NCBI GenBank assembly: GCA_000708835.1
Contig: DF237012.1
Location: forward strand, 62,001-126,000
Source of the DNA: Klebsormidium nitens
Taxonomy: Eukaryota; Plantae; Klebsormidiophyceae
DNA length: 64,000 nucleotides
Reading direction: 5' to 3'
In this document: piece after piece, positions 47,123 through 59,344 of the stretch
Layout of the letters: every line of letters starts with the position of its first letter
Position numbering within the stretch: position 1 is the first letter of the stretch
Made by a program: the position numbers and the translations under genes
The notes under the pieces: generated by a model
Told to the model about the DNA's origin: nothing
The model's database searches: none
The model's input: the letters and a program-made list of their open reading frames with translations, nothing else

Positions 47123-47739
47123 GATTCGTTTGCAGGATAAGGTGGTTTGAGCCGTGGATATTCGTATCGACGGTGCGCGCAACCTCAGCCAAAACGGTGG
47201 AGTTCGATGGTGTCAATGGCGCCCCATGTTTACAAAGTTCCAGCTGAACGTACACGAATCGGACCGCCGCACGCATCGACATTAAATATTAGACACGCGG
47301 CGCGCGATGACTTGCCCAATGTTTCATTGATGTCAGACAAACTCATCATGCTCGTACGGCCGACCGACTTCTACGGGTAAGCCTCTACCGTCAAAGTATA
47401 TTAAATTTCAGTTGAACGCGACTCGGTCTAAATTCGCGCGTTGCCTCGAAGAGGACATTACCAATTCAAACTCGGCGTCCGTGTCACTAGGTAACACCTA
47501 CTCCAGCTGGACTGTTCCGAACTTGGGCATATCGCTAGGCCGGTCGACACAGCGCGGTACATATTAGACCGAGCGGTCAACTCAGTCCAGACACCAAGTG
47601 CAACCTTGCCCGGTGGTCTAGCCGGGTGGATGATATGGCTCTCGGCCTGCAGAGTTGAGGGCCAAGCCGCCCCTAACACCAGAGTTCCGACCTACGACAG
47701 GTGGCGGTTCCTGAGTGGATCTTATCCTGCAAACGAATC
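47123..47739. mobile_element. Segment of ~617 bp bounded by perfect 19-bp inverted repeats (possible degenerate MITE)
   Basis: gattcgtttgcaggataag (47123-47141) is the exact reverse complement of cttatcctgcaaacgaatc (47721-47739). No TSD seen. Confidence 0.45.
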
Positions 47740-48608
47740 TGGCTGAAATGCCCCGACCACTTCTCCATCAAGCTACCGGGCACAGTTAGGGGCGGGGTTG
47801 CACGCTTCCTCTACAACGCTATGTAGCCTGCCTAGCTTCTCATGGTGTGTAGTGACGGCCCGCACTTGGTGCATATGTGCATGGCGCATGATCTTTTGCA
47901 TGCAGCTTGACGGAAGCAATATGCATGCAAGCTTCATTCTTGAGTGACTGGCGGACCTTCGCCGATGCCAGTTCTTAGTAATCTGCATATCACCTAACTC
48001 ACATGATCGCTTACACAAGGTCACTCAATGAGAAGTTAAGCTTATCAGTATTTGCATATCGGCACTCAGTGAACGAAACAATCATTGCACGGACACATCA
48101 ACATAATTGATACGTGCCATGAATATCGGATACTCTGAATTGTCATTCCTATGCTTGATTTGGCCCGTGAGCTGGACATCTTGGTGTATGCATTGCATAA
48201 CGTGACTGTTTGAGCTTGTAATGCGGTCCCAATGAGACCTACACAAGGGTAGATTCAATCTGAGACCGCCTGATTCTAACATAGTCAGGCTTTTCTCTTT
48301 TCTAGCTTCTCAGAGAGATCGACCCAATTTCTACTTAGTGTTGACAATTTGCGCTGGATAGTTTGCCCTTATCGATTTTGGGGCATAATTCGTGTCTTCA
48401 GTATTTACAACCGGAACGTTCTTGACCTTTTATCCAGCCTTCCATACTTTCTTAGGTAATCATTCGTATGGTACATTCGCTGAGTAATTTCCGTTAGAAA
48501 CATCTCGGCGTACCCACTCGAGCTCGTTCCCTTCATCCAACAACCACTTGCCTGATTTCGTTGTCAAGCCCTGTCAGTTCGAACAATAGACCGTACTGGT
48601 CAAACTGG

Positions 48609-51600
48609 TCAAGAAAAGTACAGCTCCGCACCGTGGAATCTCTCTACGTTGCCTACTTCCACAGCGGCCTTCCCCTTCTTGGCCGCACCTTGTCGGATGA
48701 TCTGCTCGAGCACTCCCCGAATGCACTCCTCCTCCCAGCCTCTGCCCAACGGCACTGTGCGGACAGGCTCGTCTCTCCCCATGTCTACCACCCTTTGTCC
48801 AGATGCCCCAGCTGAGACGAAACTAGCAACTTGGCCCGGACCCCGTCCTCCCACGGGCTCGCCACCGCGCCGCCGAAACCCTAGCATCTCCTCCAAGTGC
48901 TCTAGAATGCTGTCAAGGTTCGTGATCGCTCTCTCTCCCTTGCGGCCTGCACCTGTGGACCGCTCCATCCACTCAAGGAGCTTCAAAAGCTCCGTTCCAT
49001 CAATCCCGCTCTCGTCCCGTTTCCGCTTGGACCCGCTCGACCAGGCCGAAGTGAACAGAGTCCCGCACCACTTGCTCGTCATATTCTCCGAGCTCTCCAA
49101 GGGGCGCTCTTCCGAGATGTGAGCGGACGCACCACGAGGCCCCGCAAGGTCCCCCTCCGTCTCTGTCAATAAGCTCTGAGAGGGCCGTTTTGAAAGAGTT
49201 CTACGTATCCCCTCTGGCAACTCCTGGTTTTGCGGACCACTTAGCAGGGAGAGAAGTGGAGGGGGGCTGACTTCGTAAGGGGCGTTCTGATGAGCGCACT
49301 CCGACCTCCCTCCTTCGTTCTCACAACGGGGAGAGGCAAATTGGTCCTTCAATGCGCGTGTGTACTCCGACTCAGACCCCAGACTGTCCCTGCATGTGAC
49401 ATACAACACTCGTCAAGTCCCTGGTTTAAAAGACTATCAATCAGGACACAACCTTGCAGCTGCTGCCCCTTTTCCATTTCTGCAGCGTCACACCACCTTG
49501 TACAAATGATGCTTGTGAAGGGGCGAACAGATGTTGCTGCAACACGTTTGCAGTATTGCTGAGGAATCTGCGCTTCAGAAGCTCTTCACCACTGCTCTAC
49601 CTTCTCACACATCAGCGGATCCTCACACAAACAACCCATTGAACCAACTTACAATGGAAGCTACCAGGGCGATCCTACAATTTGACACAAGTGCGCAACC
49701 ATCTGGTCATATCAAAGATTGACACAGAGCTTCAACATCTGATCTGGATTGTATACCTGAACTCCAGCTCCACCCCAAACGGCTTAGCCTCTCGCATCGC
49801 AATCTCATCGGCCCGCAGCCGCGCGGCAAGCATGCTTAGCTTGGGTGACGGATCGAGACTCAATTCGAGGGCCTTGTCCAACTCAACAACGGAAGGCACA
49901 AGCACTATCCGCTGCTTGCTCTCGCTTGGAGCCGCGGCTTCATTGGCAAAGGACCTTCTCTCTGTAGGGGAGGCTTCCCCAAAGAGCATGCAGGCGCCCC
50001 GGGTCGGGACTGGTCGGACAGTGGAAGCAGAAGACTTCTTCTCTATAGGGACCGCCCGTGCAAAGTCCTCTACTCGGTCTTTGCTAAGTGCTGCCATTGA
50101 GCTCTGGGGCTGCTTTGGCTGGGGGATTGATTGCGCAATGTTCTGCAGTGCCTGGAAACCGCGCACGTAGTTGTCAAGGAGCGCCTCCTGGCTGGTTACA
50201 GTCGCGCCTAGTTTGAATTCCAGGGCTAGCGGCTTGGCGACGTTGGCAGCAGAGAAGCCCTGCTCCGACCGCCGGTCAGCCAGAGAGCGCTTGTCCCTTT
50301 GCATCGCTACAGAAATGTTGAGCCCCGTCAGAAGATCGCTGAACCTGCGGGGAGGACACGGCATGTTGATGATTTTGGGTGCCGCTAATCAAATATTTGC
50401 CTGACAAGGAACCCCAGCAGAAGATTAACGTGCTTTGGAGTGAAGTGTTGCATACAACAGCATACCGGTGATTGTCCAGACACGCAGGAGCTCAGCAGTC
50501 AGACTTAATACAGCTTCCTTGTGCAGAATATGCAGATTGATTTGGAAGTACGAAAGACAAGTTGCTCAAGCAGTTCACTCCGGTTCCACTTTAGACCAAG
50601 AATCTGACAGGCTGCTTGAATGATTGAACCTGCTGGACTTAGATGTGGAAAAAATGATGATCTTGCACAATGATAGTGCAAATAATGAAGAGTTCAACTC
50701 AGAGTCACCCCTCAATGAAACACAGCCTTGAAAGTGCAGAAGGCACAGATTTCCCCACAAGAACAAATTCATCTGCACAAGTAGCTTGGCTGAGTCGCAA
50801 CCTCAAGGAAGATAAGTATCTTGTCTAATCATCTTCCATGGTTCACAACCAACCAGGACAGAGGTGTGCAAAGTATTATTCAGTCTCAGATACCTACGAT
50901 CTGCATTATGGGCCCCCTTATTATTCAGTCCCAGATACCTACGATCTGCATTATGAGCCCCCTTACTTGTTCATCATAAAGCCGGCTGTCTGTCCTCAGA
51001 CCTAATCCACTCAATGATGATTTCTTGCTTTGAGTGCACCAAGCACACAGCACATCTTTCGTAAAGGGCCGTAATAACTTCTGTTCAACAAGAAGTGACT
51101 GGTCCCTAAACGTTGTGCATAACCAAAGGCTTTGCAGACCTTTTCTTTCCAATCTGATCTGCCTCCCTGCATGAATATGATAGGTGCAAGAATGATTCAC
51201 TCACCTTCAGCAGGCTCGTGGACTGCCCGTCAAAAGTGGTCACAATGGCTCAGCAATTGGAGCTGTTCCTGTGGCAGGAAGCTTGGTGTCAATGTCATCT
51301 GGATCCATTCGAGCATAGCTATGGAAGATGCCCTTGCGATGTGCACTCACCACATCAGAGGTCATTGTCTTGGATATTCCGAATACTCAAAACACTTGCA
51401 GCAATGCATCATACGATTTCAACAGCAGCACTAGCCCCTTTCCCTCCATCTCAAAATAACAGAAACTCAATGATGGAAGAATCGAATGGATACTCGGGTT
51501 TTGATAGAGCAAGAAACGAACATTCCAATACTCGACCAATGCTTTTATTTATGCAGCTGAGTGACTGACTGCCCTTGATGCAGTGCTGGCAAGCATCTGC

Positions 51601-52530
51601 AAATTACCAGATTCTTAATTCCAAGATTGATGGTGGATCTGCAGAGCAGTTGTGCTGATCTTGGACCACCAAGCACAAGCTCAGCTTCCATGATTCATAC
51701 TCAACGGGCATTGCATGCATCCCTTCCTTCTATAAGTACCGCAGAAGCAGATGCATAATGCAACCCATGATTTTCCAGGTCCATGAAAGATGTTCTGTGA
51801 TGATGCTCAGCATCATCTGCTGGAACGGCGATTACTTGATCCAATATTGTTTCCCAGTTGGCTTACCTAGTTGCTCCGTTGCTGCCAGCCTTCAGCATCC
51901 CAAAGACAGAAGCCCTCAAGGAGTGGCACCACTCGGCATAGCAGGAGTATCAGACGGCCTAACAATCAAGGAACGTTGATGTTACCTCTGCACCTCGTCC
52001 TCTTGACCAAGCGCCTCTTGTGCAGCCCTCGTTGCTCCCGCAAGGGCCCTAAATGAGCTGAAAATCGAAACGCCGAAGTTCTCTGGTTTGATTGGTCTCC
52101 TTCTTCTTTCTTCTTTCAAGTTCTCCCCTGTCGAATTTTGGGGATGGCAACCGCGAAACTTACGTTGCAAGTACGGTGCCCACTGCCACTGGTACTACCG
52201 GTACTGTACTCACTGCTCAGTCTGAGTAAGCTTTGAACACGTTTCACAATGATGCCATCGTCAGCTAATGTAATGCCGCACCACCCGGGCAGTACCGGTA
52301 TCGGATTCATAGGGACAGGGCCGTACGCAACCAAATCGGAGGAGGATGTCGTCCAAGGACTCTGCCCGGGGGCCTTGTCCTGTCAGCTTGATTTGGGTTT
52401 GCACAGTGCAGGTTAGGAGTTTGTTTCAATCGTCAGAGGTCTTTTAACCGGAGCCTCGAAGAGCCTCGATCGAAGTTCGAACCGGCCGAACCGGTCCTGC
52501 TGTAAACCCGGCACCGAGTACATATTAAGG
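48609..52530 (-). CDS. Unidentified multi-exon gene; two large exons at ~49745-50330 and ~48655-49270; ends uncertain
   Basis: GC-elevated 210-aa and 266-aa ORFs with natural-looking composition (..TSQEALLDNYVRGFQALQNIAQ..; ..ELLKLLEWMERS..ITNLDSILEHLEEML..WEEECIRGVLEQIIRQ). Upstream small exon-like segments with GT donors reach ~52.5 kb. No family recognised. Confidence 0.45.
50876..50965. repeat. 45-bp tandem duplication, two copies, 43/45 identical
   Basis: ttattcagtctcagatacctacgatctgcattatgggccccctta followed by ttattcagtcccagatacctacgatctgcattatgagccccctta. Confidence 0.9.
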
Positions 52531-53188
52531 TTAGGGTTACGGTTCTCCAATTCAGCTGCCAAAACTCCCCGAGCACTTTTTACAAATGAATTGACACAGT
52601 ATCGACTCACCGTACATCATTTGAGTAGGTATTGGAGGCTGGAGCTCCCTCTTCACAGGAGTGCCCTGTGCTGATCCGCCTCACTACGGGCCAATGCAGA
52701 GTTCGAAACAAGCCGTCACACCAGGCAGACTACCGATCGACAGGTTTGCCTCGGCCGATACAACCGGGGGTATCGTGCCGAAAAGCCGACGTCAAATTTG
52801 AGGCGCTTGGGTGCATGTCCAGCCAGCTTTGAAGTTCGGATTGACCGGAGGCTCAGAACACTTGGGAGTCGGGACAACTTGGAGGAGCCGACGAACGCTG
52901 GGCCGGTTGCTCACAGCCAAGAAGAAAATTATGGGAGTCTGAATCGTGAGGTCATCATGACCCTTGCCCCGCGTCAGGACTCAAACCATGGTAATTTTGT
53001 TTGTTGCTACCGGTAGCACGTATATTTTACCAGAGTACGAATCAGAGTAACCGGTAATGAAAAGTATCAACCGGTTTCTCGAATATAGCAAGTTGATACC
53101 AGCGATCATGACCGGGCCTAATGGTACGGTGACGTCCAGCTGGTGCGGAAGGCACCTCTGCCGGCCTAGTCTGATTCCGATCGACGTA

Positions 53189-53336
53189 GTGAACAGTAAC
53201 AGCCAGTGAACAGTGACGGAGACGGGTAGGGTTAGTTAGGGGGTTAGGGTGGGTACGGGTGCGGAGCGGGTGTTTCCTTAGGTTAGGGTTTTTAGTAACC
53301 CCAAAATGCTTACTGTTCACTGGGCTTGCTGTTCAC
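53189..53336. mobile_element. 148-bp MITE-like element with ~28-bp imperfect TIRs, flanking TA and a TTAGGG-rich core
   Basis: TA|GTGAACAGTAACAGCCAGTGAACAGTGA ... TTACTGTTCACTGGGCTTGCTGTTCAC|TA. The core contains gggtagggttagttagggggttagggtggg and ttaggttaggg. Confidence 0.65.
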
Positions 53337-54915
53337 TAGATCGAGAAATACGGTAGTCTGCCGGCTGAGCTGATAGCGTATAGGGACTACCCACTACCTC
53401 GTATAGTGCGAGCTAGGAACTTAATTAGACGTTTTCAGTCCCTTCTTGACACTTTCACCAATTCGCGGTCGTGCCACAGGATTGCCTCGAGGCGGTCAGT
53501 AGGAGCGAAAGTGTCTGTTTGGAAAACGGTGAAATACTGCTTCAATACAAGCAGTAGACCAAAAATGTGCATTTTGCGTGTTGACGTACGGGTTCTTTCC
53601 GGACCCCCGGGCAGGTGATATTTCAACCGTAATTGCTCAATGCTTGGAAGTTGGGCTGGCATGTCCCCCAGGGCCCCCCCCAGCCGGCTTGGAATCAGCC
53701 GGGACTGGTCAAGTTGTGATACCGATTCACCTGAAGTGACGTACTGAGTATGATTACGTCTTGCCAGTTCCTATTCCCGGCATTTGTGGCACTTTCAGCT
53801 TCCGTGTCACGTGTCCTACGATCAATCGCAGACAACCATACGTGCGTCGCGCACGCTCTTTTTGGCATGCCATTTTTTGGCTAGTATTGCGCGCTATAAG
53901 TGTGCGCGAGCACAGGAGTATTATTGAAAATGGCGCAGCCGTAGAGATGGGCTCAAAAGTGTCGCCGTATGACGTCGCAAACGAGGAAGCGACCAGAAAG
54001 ACTGCATGCAACTAACAAACGGTCGCTGTACCACCTTTAGAGATTCTTCGTTTCTACCCCGCCCGAAAAATACAATCCGGATATACTGCTCGGTGTTGCG
54101 AAACTGCTGTACAGCGTGCGGGTTGAAGTCCGTCAGATGTCACCAAATTCATTTCCTGATATCCAGGTGCGTAGTAGTAACGCTATTTTTCGTACAGCTG
54201 AATTACAAAATTTGTCGTCTTGCATCCACCGGTACCTGGTCGGACCTCCGGTCGCAGGCCGTCCGATGGACATTCACGCGTGCGAAGGTTTGTTAATTAC
54301 CGTCGCTTGGTCCGCCCACCTCGTACTGAATGTACACCCACCCTCGGCGGTGCCCCGAGTACAAAATGCTGAACTTGGTGTCAATCAGCCTCGGATCCTG
54401 ATTATCCTGAATGTCCTATCGTTTTGGATATCGCATCGGTTCTAGGGCGACGCCCTGTTTTCCATTGCAATTTTTATTTTTTCGCGATTGGTAAATCGTC
54501 CAAAAACTTGTATCGGCGATTCCTATTCGATGTTGTAATACAACATCACATTCTGGCCATCCGATGGTGTCTGAATAGTTCAAGTTTTCAAAATGGGGAG
54601 AAGCGCTTTTAGATAAGCTACTGATTCTGCGCGCGCACGCGCCAAGACTTGGACATACAGAAAAAGTTCCGATTACCAACCATATTTCGAGGCCGCATGA
54701 TGACGCTAGGAACCTACCGGGTACAGCTTTAGCCGCATCATGACCAGAGACACTACTACCTACAGATTCCATGGCAACCGGTGGGTCACATATGAGCTCA
54801 GTGTGATTGCAAGTATGTAGGACTTCGAAGTTCGCAGGCGAATGTAACTTACGAACAGAGCAATCAAATAGCATGCCGAGAGCAGCACAGTGTGCTGCCT
54901 TTCTACTTTAATAGC

Positions 54916-55024
54916 TGAGCTCCGATTTGCATGCATCACGAATCATCGTAAGCCTATGGCCTATTTGGCTACGGCGAGTACGAAAAGAGACCATCGTGTG
55001 AGCTCCGATTTGCATGCATCACGA
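54916..55024. repeat. 26-bp direct repeat, intergenic
   Basis: tgagctccgatttgcatgcatcacga at 54916 and at 54999. Confidence 0.8.
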
Positions 55025-56006
55025 TTCACGAATCATGATGATTCAGATGCACCATCGTCGTCGAACCATCCGATCATCGATGGTCACAATCGGACAATTG
55101 TAACACACTTCTCAACTTCTTACTAGTAGGGTAACTTCCGATATCTTATTTTTGGGCCCGTGCCCGGCCGCGGATGGCCACGCACATGTACTAGAATGTC
55201 CTCCCCCTTGGAAGTTTTGCGATCCTTGGAAGTTCTGCGGCGAAAGGTTTAGTATGGGGTTAAGAGTTCTCGTTTTCGAAGCAGGGAATCTGCTGGGGTA
55301 AGTAGGGGATTAGTCGCTCAAGTTTCGATCTCGGTCAACGCGGTCAACCCGGTAAGGGTTCCGGCCAATGGGATCACGAATAATACTGCCTTACCGTTTT
55401 TGGAACATGTCATGTCAATAAGAAAGGCAACAAGAACTGGCAATCATAGTGCAGACCAGTGAGCCGCAGTGGGAGCGGCAGCGGCAGTTGTTTGTTATTT
55501 CTCACAAACGTCTAAACGTCGGCTGGTCAATTCACGTTCAAGATGGCGTCCAAGTTTCTCGGCCCAAAGGATGTACACAATTGCTGTTAAGTTCAATGTG
55601 TCTTGTGAATGAGAGTTTGATTGACATGTTTTGTATGTGAGCCACTGCTTAGCCGCTTCGTGTACTTGATCGGAACACATGGCAGTGGGTATAGGAGTCA
55701 GGTTTACTCATGCAATTCATTGTACGGAGTAACATTGTGCAGCCGGCCATGATGCCAGGCCTAAGCCAGGAATGTGCGTTTTTGATGTCTAGTTCCTGAA
55801 TTCCGCCGAATGTTGTAGTGTTAGCGAGTTGATCAAATTGTCAAGGAGGCTACCGGCCGTGTACATTAGACATGCTTTGGCTGAGTCTAGTTCCTCATCA
55901 TGTGTATTTTACGGGCGTTATAATGGACGAACATATAGGCAATGTTCATGTATAGTTAGAATCCGCGAGACTGGGCACTGATTGTTTTCACCCCGCACCA
56001 GCAGGC

Positions 56007-58203
56007 TCACCCCTCTCTCATCTCTTCCCGGTAAGCTCCTTCGTTGGAGATAGGAGGGGGCAGGGTCCAGCTGCCCATCGGACTGTTCGAATCAGCCGTG
56101 CTGCCACCTGCCAAAGAAGAGGAAAGCTGATTCAATCGATGTCGAAGGTACACAAAAAGGGATTGGTTGTTGTTTCACCAATCAAAGCGTTGGGTAACGG
56201 CTGTAGATCCCGGGAGTATTCCCTCGAGAGGTCGCACCGTCCCTCGACAAACGAACCCTCGTTGCTTGGTCTTAGGTACTTCAAAGTGCACTTCGCCTAG
56301 CAAATCTGAATGAGCACTGTGGAACTAGCTGCTCATATTCCAAATTGAGTCCATGGCAAAGACCACTTGAACTGCGCCTATTGACTGCTGCTCCTTGTCG
56401 ATTTCTCCCTGCAGACTGATCGCGTGCTGAACACTTTCGCAGTATTCTTCGTGCTTTCAATAGCTACCTGCCTGTACACATCACATCTTCTTTTCTGAAC
56501 CCCTCCCTGTTCTTTTTGGGATGCGACAGATGCTAGGGCTCTCAAGTCCCGCTTACCTATCACAGGACTGCTCACTTTACAATCTTTTGGCTTACGATCT
56601 CTCGAAACGACGTACCTTCCTTTGCTGCGTTCTTGCACCGTTCCCGATAGTTTTTCGAAAGAGACGCCTCCAGTCCGCTCAGCAGCTGCTCGTACCGCCG
56701 CTCGATGTCGGAGATCCAGTGCGCCAGCTCGAGTTGCCCCTGAGTTGGGCCGTACATAGCCAGAAACATTCGATACACGTTGAACGTGTTACTTAGGACG
56801 TCATCCTCGTAGTCAAACAGATCGTCTGAGATCTCGACCAGCAGTTCGGATGCTGCAAAGCAGGGAAACAAGAAAGAGTAAAGAGGAGAGGGAGGCATTT
56901 ACACTCAATTCAAAAAGCACTCCAGCTTTGACACACTTCTAAGACAATTCAGCGCTTTTGAAATGTTGACAGCCAATGCAGAAACCGACATGAGAACGTA
57001 AGGAATAGCACAACAACGCTTTGAGATGGCAACTCGGCCAAGTTCAGAAAGTTACGTAGAACTTTCGACTCAGTTCATCAGCACCAATATGAATGAGAGA
57101 GCTCAACATTGACATGGGTCAATTACATCAATGATTGGTCTGCAAGGGTCGCACATGTAAACTTGGATCACACTTGGTGACTAGAGGTGTCTGAGGAAGT
57201 CTTCTCAACCATTTTTCTGTGAATTTCTCAAACACTTGGGATCACTAACGAAACTAAAAGTCCTTCCATCCTTGACCTCCCATGCTTGATCCGTACACTT
57301 GGTGGACTACAGTGAAAAGAATACATGCATAACAATCTCACCTTTCAGAAACTCGAAATGTTGTTCATTCACCGCCTGTCCTTCCATTTCATAGAGCAAC
57401 AGATTGAGCACTCTGTAATCAAAGGACTTCAAAGCTACAGCCCTCTCAACCTCGCGCCTCTCCAACGTCTCCCCGCAGCCCACGGCCAGACACAGCTTGC
57501 GTTCGAGCCCCCAGAACTCAAGCCCATCTCTCAGTTCCCCTTCCATTCTGACAGTCAGCAGTTTTTCTTTCTCCAAAAGGTCTGCTAGGCCAGCGAACGG
57601 TGTACAAGGTAAATCATCCACTTCATCAATAGTGTCCAAAGCGTTCGCTGCACTGGTCCCTTGTTTGAGTTCGGACTCTCTGCAAGTGATGTCAACATGC
57701 TCATTGAGTTCTAGACAGTGCTCTGACAAGGACGTTTCTGCTGGATTTTCAAAGCTTTCACTCCTGGCGCACCTTTCTGTTGCAGGAGGATTGCAGTCGA
57801 TCCTGCGTCTCTTGGCTGGATTCAACCCTTCTACTTGAAGATGATGCTCACTCCCTGCTACAACATCGCCTTGCTGCTCAATCTGAGCAACAGTTTTACT
57901 TTCTGCTCGTGACTTTGAAGCTGCTTGACAGTCTTTTCCAGCTGCAGACTGTGCCTCCTCTCGGCAGCATTGCCGAGTGTCAGTCCCATTGCCCAGCTCA
58001 GGTGCAGCTAGACGGTCTTCATTCTCTTGATCCAGTTGGTAGATGAAAGCTTCAACAAACATCAGCAGTGGCAGGTGCTTGAATACATGCGCAGGCTGTG
58101 AGGCGTCCAGTCCGTGGAACATGAAGTAGGAGCTCACAAAATCCTCGAGAGTTGTTCTAGCTCTCCGCATTGACTGCAACGATATCAATGGGAGGATAGA
58201 CAT
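56007..58203 (-). CDS. Conserved uncharacterised plant-type protein with a DDxxD-like motif, 3 exons
   Basis: ATG at 58203 (..LEDFVSSYFMFHGLD..FKHLPLLMFVEAFIYQLD..ALKSFDYRVLNLLLY..HFEFLK); exon ~56620-56853 (ASELLVEISDDLFDYEDDVLSNTFNVYRMF); last exon ~56007-56107 (GSWTLPPPISNEGAYR). Stop TGA at 56007-56009. Phases are consistent. Confidence 0.8.
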
Positions 58204-58583
58204 GGCTGGCACTTACAGTGAAGGGCCATGCAAATGCAAAGGCCAGTCCGGCTGCTGTCCCTCAACGTTCTGGTTCTTTTCTTGCTGCCAGTGCCAGCGT
58301 TGCAGATTATCCAGATCGCTTGCATTTGATCACTGACAATTCCGCGCGGGCTGTGCGTCCTCCTGTGAGGACCTCCTCCCAGGGGCAAGTCTGGCGACCC
58401 ACGCGTCGGCAAAAGCCAGGCAATCTTTGGACCGGCACTTTTACAGTTCTTGGATAGACCGCCGCCCAAGAAACGCCACCAAGCGGGAGTCGCTTGGAGT
58501 CGCCAAATCGAGATGCCCGGTACATTGCGTCTGGAGCCTTGACTCTGAGCAGCAAGTTCGGAGGGCGACAACTTCAACTTCAA

Positions 58584-58940
58584 GGGTCTATACACACAGA
58601 GAGGGTGTTCGTGTTTCCGAGCGACGGTACAGCAGGAATCGCGGTGCTGCCGTCGCCCAAAAAGCACCGTGCCGATCGCGGGGTGTTGTTTCCATTTCGC
58701 CGACTCGTACGGTCATACGTCAGCAACAACACCGAGGTGTTCCAATCGGCCACCCCGAAAAAAGCCTGGTGACGGTCCGAACACCGGGTGTTGTTGCGAT
58801 CAGACCGTGTACGGGGCAATTTTGCGTGCGGAAGCTACCCCCCGGCACGACGTTGAGTTGCAGGGGGAATTTGGGCAAAACAGCACCTTGAGTTCTCGGC
58901 GATTTGCCAAAAAGAACACCCGCTCTGTGTGTATAGACCC
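58584..58940. mobile_element. 357-bp MITE with 27-bp TIRs and a 3-bp TSD (PIF/Harbinger Tourist-like)
   Basis: CAA|GGGTCTATACACACAGAGAGGGTGTTC (58584-58610) ... GAACACCCGCTCTGTGTGTATAGACCC|CAA (58914-58940). TIRs are 26/27 identical. GGTGTT/AACACC motifs are repeated internally. No ORF. Confidence 0.85.
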
Positions 58941-59344
58941 CAAGTTGAGCATCGGCTCTGTGCAATGCTGCTACTTCTGATTCGTGCTGGGATGGCAAGG
59001 TTTTGGACATCTTAGGCCCTTCCGGTGGCCATTAAGGGGGCAGCCACTTGTCAGTTTGTGTTGCAGACGTGGCGCCTCAACCTCGAGGAGCTCAGAACCA
59101 CCACGTCACTGTTCTGCTTGGTGCACAATCTCAGTTGTCGACGTCGTTTCTCTGCAGATCGCCAGCACCAGCCATTCTTCACCTAATGTCTGAACAGAGG
59201 TTGCTGTTGTATTGCTCCTCCTGAGAATCCAGCATTCTGGATCCAATTTTGAGTCTGCAACAACTAGGAAACCCCAGCTTTGTGAGTCCTACATTGACAG
59301 CCGGTTCTGTAACGTCAAAGAACACCCAGCTTTGCCAATCCATC

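Noticed and set aside
58174-58216. Apparent 43-nt GT-AG intron around the start of the DDxxD gene
   Set aside because: Splicing it to the upstream ATG breaks the frame; the unspliced ATG at 58203 reads directly into the conserved region.
58600-58920. Regularly recurring GGTGTT/AACACC motifs that might suggest a CRISPR array
   Set aside because: Motifs are only 6-8 nt, occur in both orientations with irregular spacing inside a TIR element, the genome is eukaryotic and there are no cas genes.
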